64,000 bases of DNA from Octopus bimaculoides (Eukaryota): contig NC_068982.1 in the NCBI RefSeq assembly GCF_001194135.2, forward strand, positions 93,275,424-93,339,423, written 5' to 3'. The position numbers and the translations under genes are program-made. This document shows, one piece after another, positions 61,414 through 64,000 of this stretch. A model generated the notes under the pieces. That model was not told the DNA's origin and searched no databases. It was given only the letters and a program-made list of their open reading frames with translations. Position 1 is the stretch's first letter, and each line of letters opens with the position of its first letter.

Positions 61414-63328
61414 CAGCGTTCAGTATTCTCATACAATTCCATAGTACACACGTACACACAAACAATAAAATACATTCATTTTACATAAACATATGTTCTC
61501 TCTCTCTCTCTCTCTCTCTCTCTTTGTGTCTCTCCTTCTGTCTCTCTTTCGCAAACTCCACTTCTCTACCTCCCTTTCTCTCTCACTCTATCTCTCTTTC
61601 TCTCTCTCTCTCTAACTCTACTGTAGTTTTTTTCCCCTCTCTTTATCACCCCTTCCTTCGTTATTGATATGTTGTGACGGACTGACGCTTTTCCTCAATA
61701 TCTCTTTCTTTCTTCCACTCATTATTTCTTCCTTTCTTCCTTTCACTCTCTATTTCATTCACCTTCTCTTTTCCTCTATCTAATTACTGATGGCTATATT
61801 AAAGGATTGGGAATCACGACAAAGAAGAACAACAGAATTCACATATTTAAATCTGTTTTCTGATTACGAAGTTCTTACAATTTCTAGTTGGTGGTTTTTC
61901 ATTCTTTTTTGAAATCGTATAGAACCAGAAGAACATTAACTACCAAATGATCGTTCACCATCTCCAGTGGTTCTGTTCCACGTATTTCGTTGTTATACGG
62001 TCGCTGACCTCATGCTGAGTTCCTGTGTCTTTACACAAGTATTACACTTTTGCTGCTAAGCATCAAGCAAATCCTCTTCACAAGGCATTTCTTTTGTGCA
62101 AACGGATTTAATTGCTGACGAACCTACCCCAGTAATACAGGTTCATTAGATTACATGTCACCAACATCATACATACACATATACATAAACAAAAAAACAC
62201 ACACACAAATACACACATACACACACACATACACACACACATACACACACAAGAGACGGCATATATAGATGTACGCACACACGAACAGAGGAATTTGCAT
62301 AGAGCAGTGAATTCACTTCATAAAAGTGGCAGTGGGGTGAAATATGAGGAAGCACAAACTAACTTGCATATACTAAAAGAAACAGCTGTTTTGCACTCAC
62401 ATGAAACAAAATTTGATGTTATGTATACATACACGCTCTCACAAACACACATATATGAGTGCGTGTGTATGTGTAACGAATATGCGTATATGTATATATA
62501 TATATATNNNNNNNNNNNNNNNNNNNNNNNNNNNNNNNNNNNNNNNNNNNNNNNNNNNNNNNNNNNNNNNNNNNNNNNNNNNNNNNNNNNNNNNNNNNNN
62601 NNNNNNNNNNNNNNNNNNNNNNNNNNNNNNNNNNNNNNNNNNNNNNNNNNNNNNNNNNNNNNNNNNNNNNNNNNNNNNNNNNNNNNNNNNNNNNNNNNNN
62701 NNNNNNNNNNNNNNNNNNNNNNNNNNNNNNNNNNNNNNNNNNNNNNNNNNNNNNNNNNNNNNNNNNNNNNNNNNNNNNNNNNNNNNNNNNNNNNNNNNNN
62801 NNNNNNNNNNNNNNNNNNNNNNNNNNNNNNNNNNNNNNNNNNNNNNNNNNNNNNNNNNNNNNNNNNNNNNNNNNNNNNNNNNNNNNNNNNNNNNNNNNNN
62901 NNNNNNNNNNNNNNNNNNNNNNNNNNNNNNNNNNNNNNNNNNNNNNNNNNNNNNNNNNNNNNNNNNNNNNNNNNNNNNNNNNNNNNNNNNNNNNNNNNNN
63001 NNNNNNTATATATATATATATATTCAAACCATTTGCGTATCAGAGCGGTGTGATGAGCAATTTCTGGTAACCTAACAAAAATCGAAGTGAACCAAAACCG
63101 GTGAGTGTGTTTATTGGCAGTATATCTCTCCCAAAGGGTAACAGTATCGGTTTCAGCACACAGTTTCAGATAAAGCTTCTAACAAAACAAATTGAAAACC
63201 GATATATATATGTATGTATATACATGTATGTATGTATATATATATATGCATATATCTGTGTATATATATATATATGCATGTATATATGTGTATGTATGTA
63301 TATATGTATATATGTATTTATGTATATG

Positions 63329-63366
<38 letters not shown>

Positions 63367-63416
63367 TGTATATATGTGTATGTATGTATATATGTATATA
63401 TGTATTTATGTATATG

Positions 63417-63457
<41 letters not shown>

Positions 63458-63543
63458 ATATATATATGTAAGTATGTAAGTATATATATATATGTATGTA
63501 TATATATATGTATGTATGTATATATGAATGGATGTATATATAT

Positions 63544-63596
<53 letters not shown>

Positions 63597-63939
63597 ATGT
63601 GTGTATATGTATTATATGTATGTATATGCATATATATATATGCATATATATACAAGAATAAGGGCAGGGAATCGTCAATTAGTAATAGAATTAATAATTA
63701 ACAATTTTGCCAAGTAGTTCAGTATGAAAAAAACCTTTATCGGTAAAATCATTTATCATCGTAAATATACAGGGATTAGCATTGAGTTGCTTCTCCAACA
63801 TACTGAAAATTTAGAAATAGCAGTAAAAAAACTACTGATTCTAAACTACAAATTTTTCTCTAAATGGATGGCGATATTTATGGCGCACATAGAACAAAAA
63901 AACCAGAGTGAAAAGCAAAAACAAACCTGCCTTTAGTTA

Positions 63940-63997
63940 ATTGGATACGAACGTTTCGCGGTTAAGATATTAATCTATTCCGTCTCATCAGCCCAAT
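63940..63997 (-). ncRNA. Candidate minimal type I hammerhead ribozyme
   Basis: Minus: ATTGGG-CTGATGA-G(A)CGG-aatagattaatatcttaa-CCGC-GAAAC-GTTC-GTA^TCCAAT. 6-bp stem I, intact CUGAUGA/GAAA core, stem II, short quasi-palindromic stem III, GUA cleavage triplet. Confidence 0.7.
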
Positions 63998-64000
63998 ATT

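Overview
AT-rich animal genomic DNA from a draft assembly. It has 12 N-gaps and is saturated with (CA)n, (TA)n, (GA)n, (TAA)n and (GAA)n microsatellites. The SINE families and repeat landscape resemble what I recall of Octopus/coleoid cephalopod genomes (inference, no database search). I find no well-supported host protein-coding gene; nearly all long ORFs in the track come from microsatellites or N-gaps. The window is mostly layered mobile-element remains: four mariner elements from three families; a decayed ~4 kb Helitron RepHel; orphan Helitron 3' ends; an R4/Dong-like LINE pile-up in a (TAA)n tract; Penelope-like (PLE) RT, GIY-YIG and terminal-repeat fragments; RTE, CR1/L2-like, RLE-type and Gypsy fragments; a solo LTR with TSD and promoter-like motifs; several MITEs; and at least three tRNA-type SINE families. 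Best leads: (1) an apparently intact minimal type I hammerhead ribozyme at 63940-63997 (minus), plus three decayed hammerhead-like motifs in PLE-like termini; (2) a perfect 324-bp-arm palindrome at 10809-11490; (3) a mariner derivative made of two inverted 5' ends; (4) the (TAA)n-associated R4/Dong cluster; (5) a TTAGGG run inside the Helitron ORF; (6) an unexplained coding-like island at 52245-52850 and an orphan exon candidate at 61062-61153. All family assignments come from by-eye translation and motif recall.
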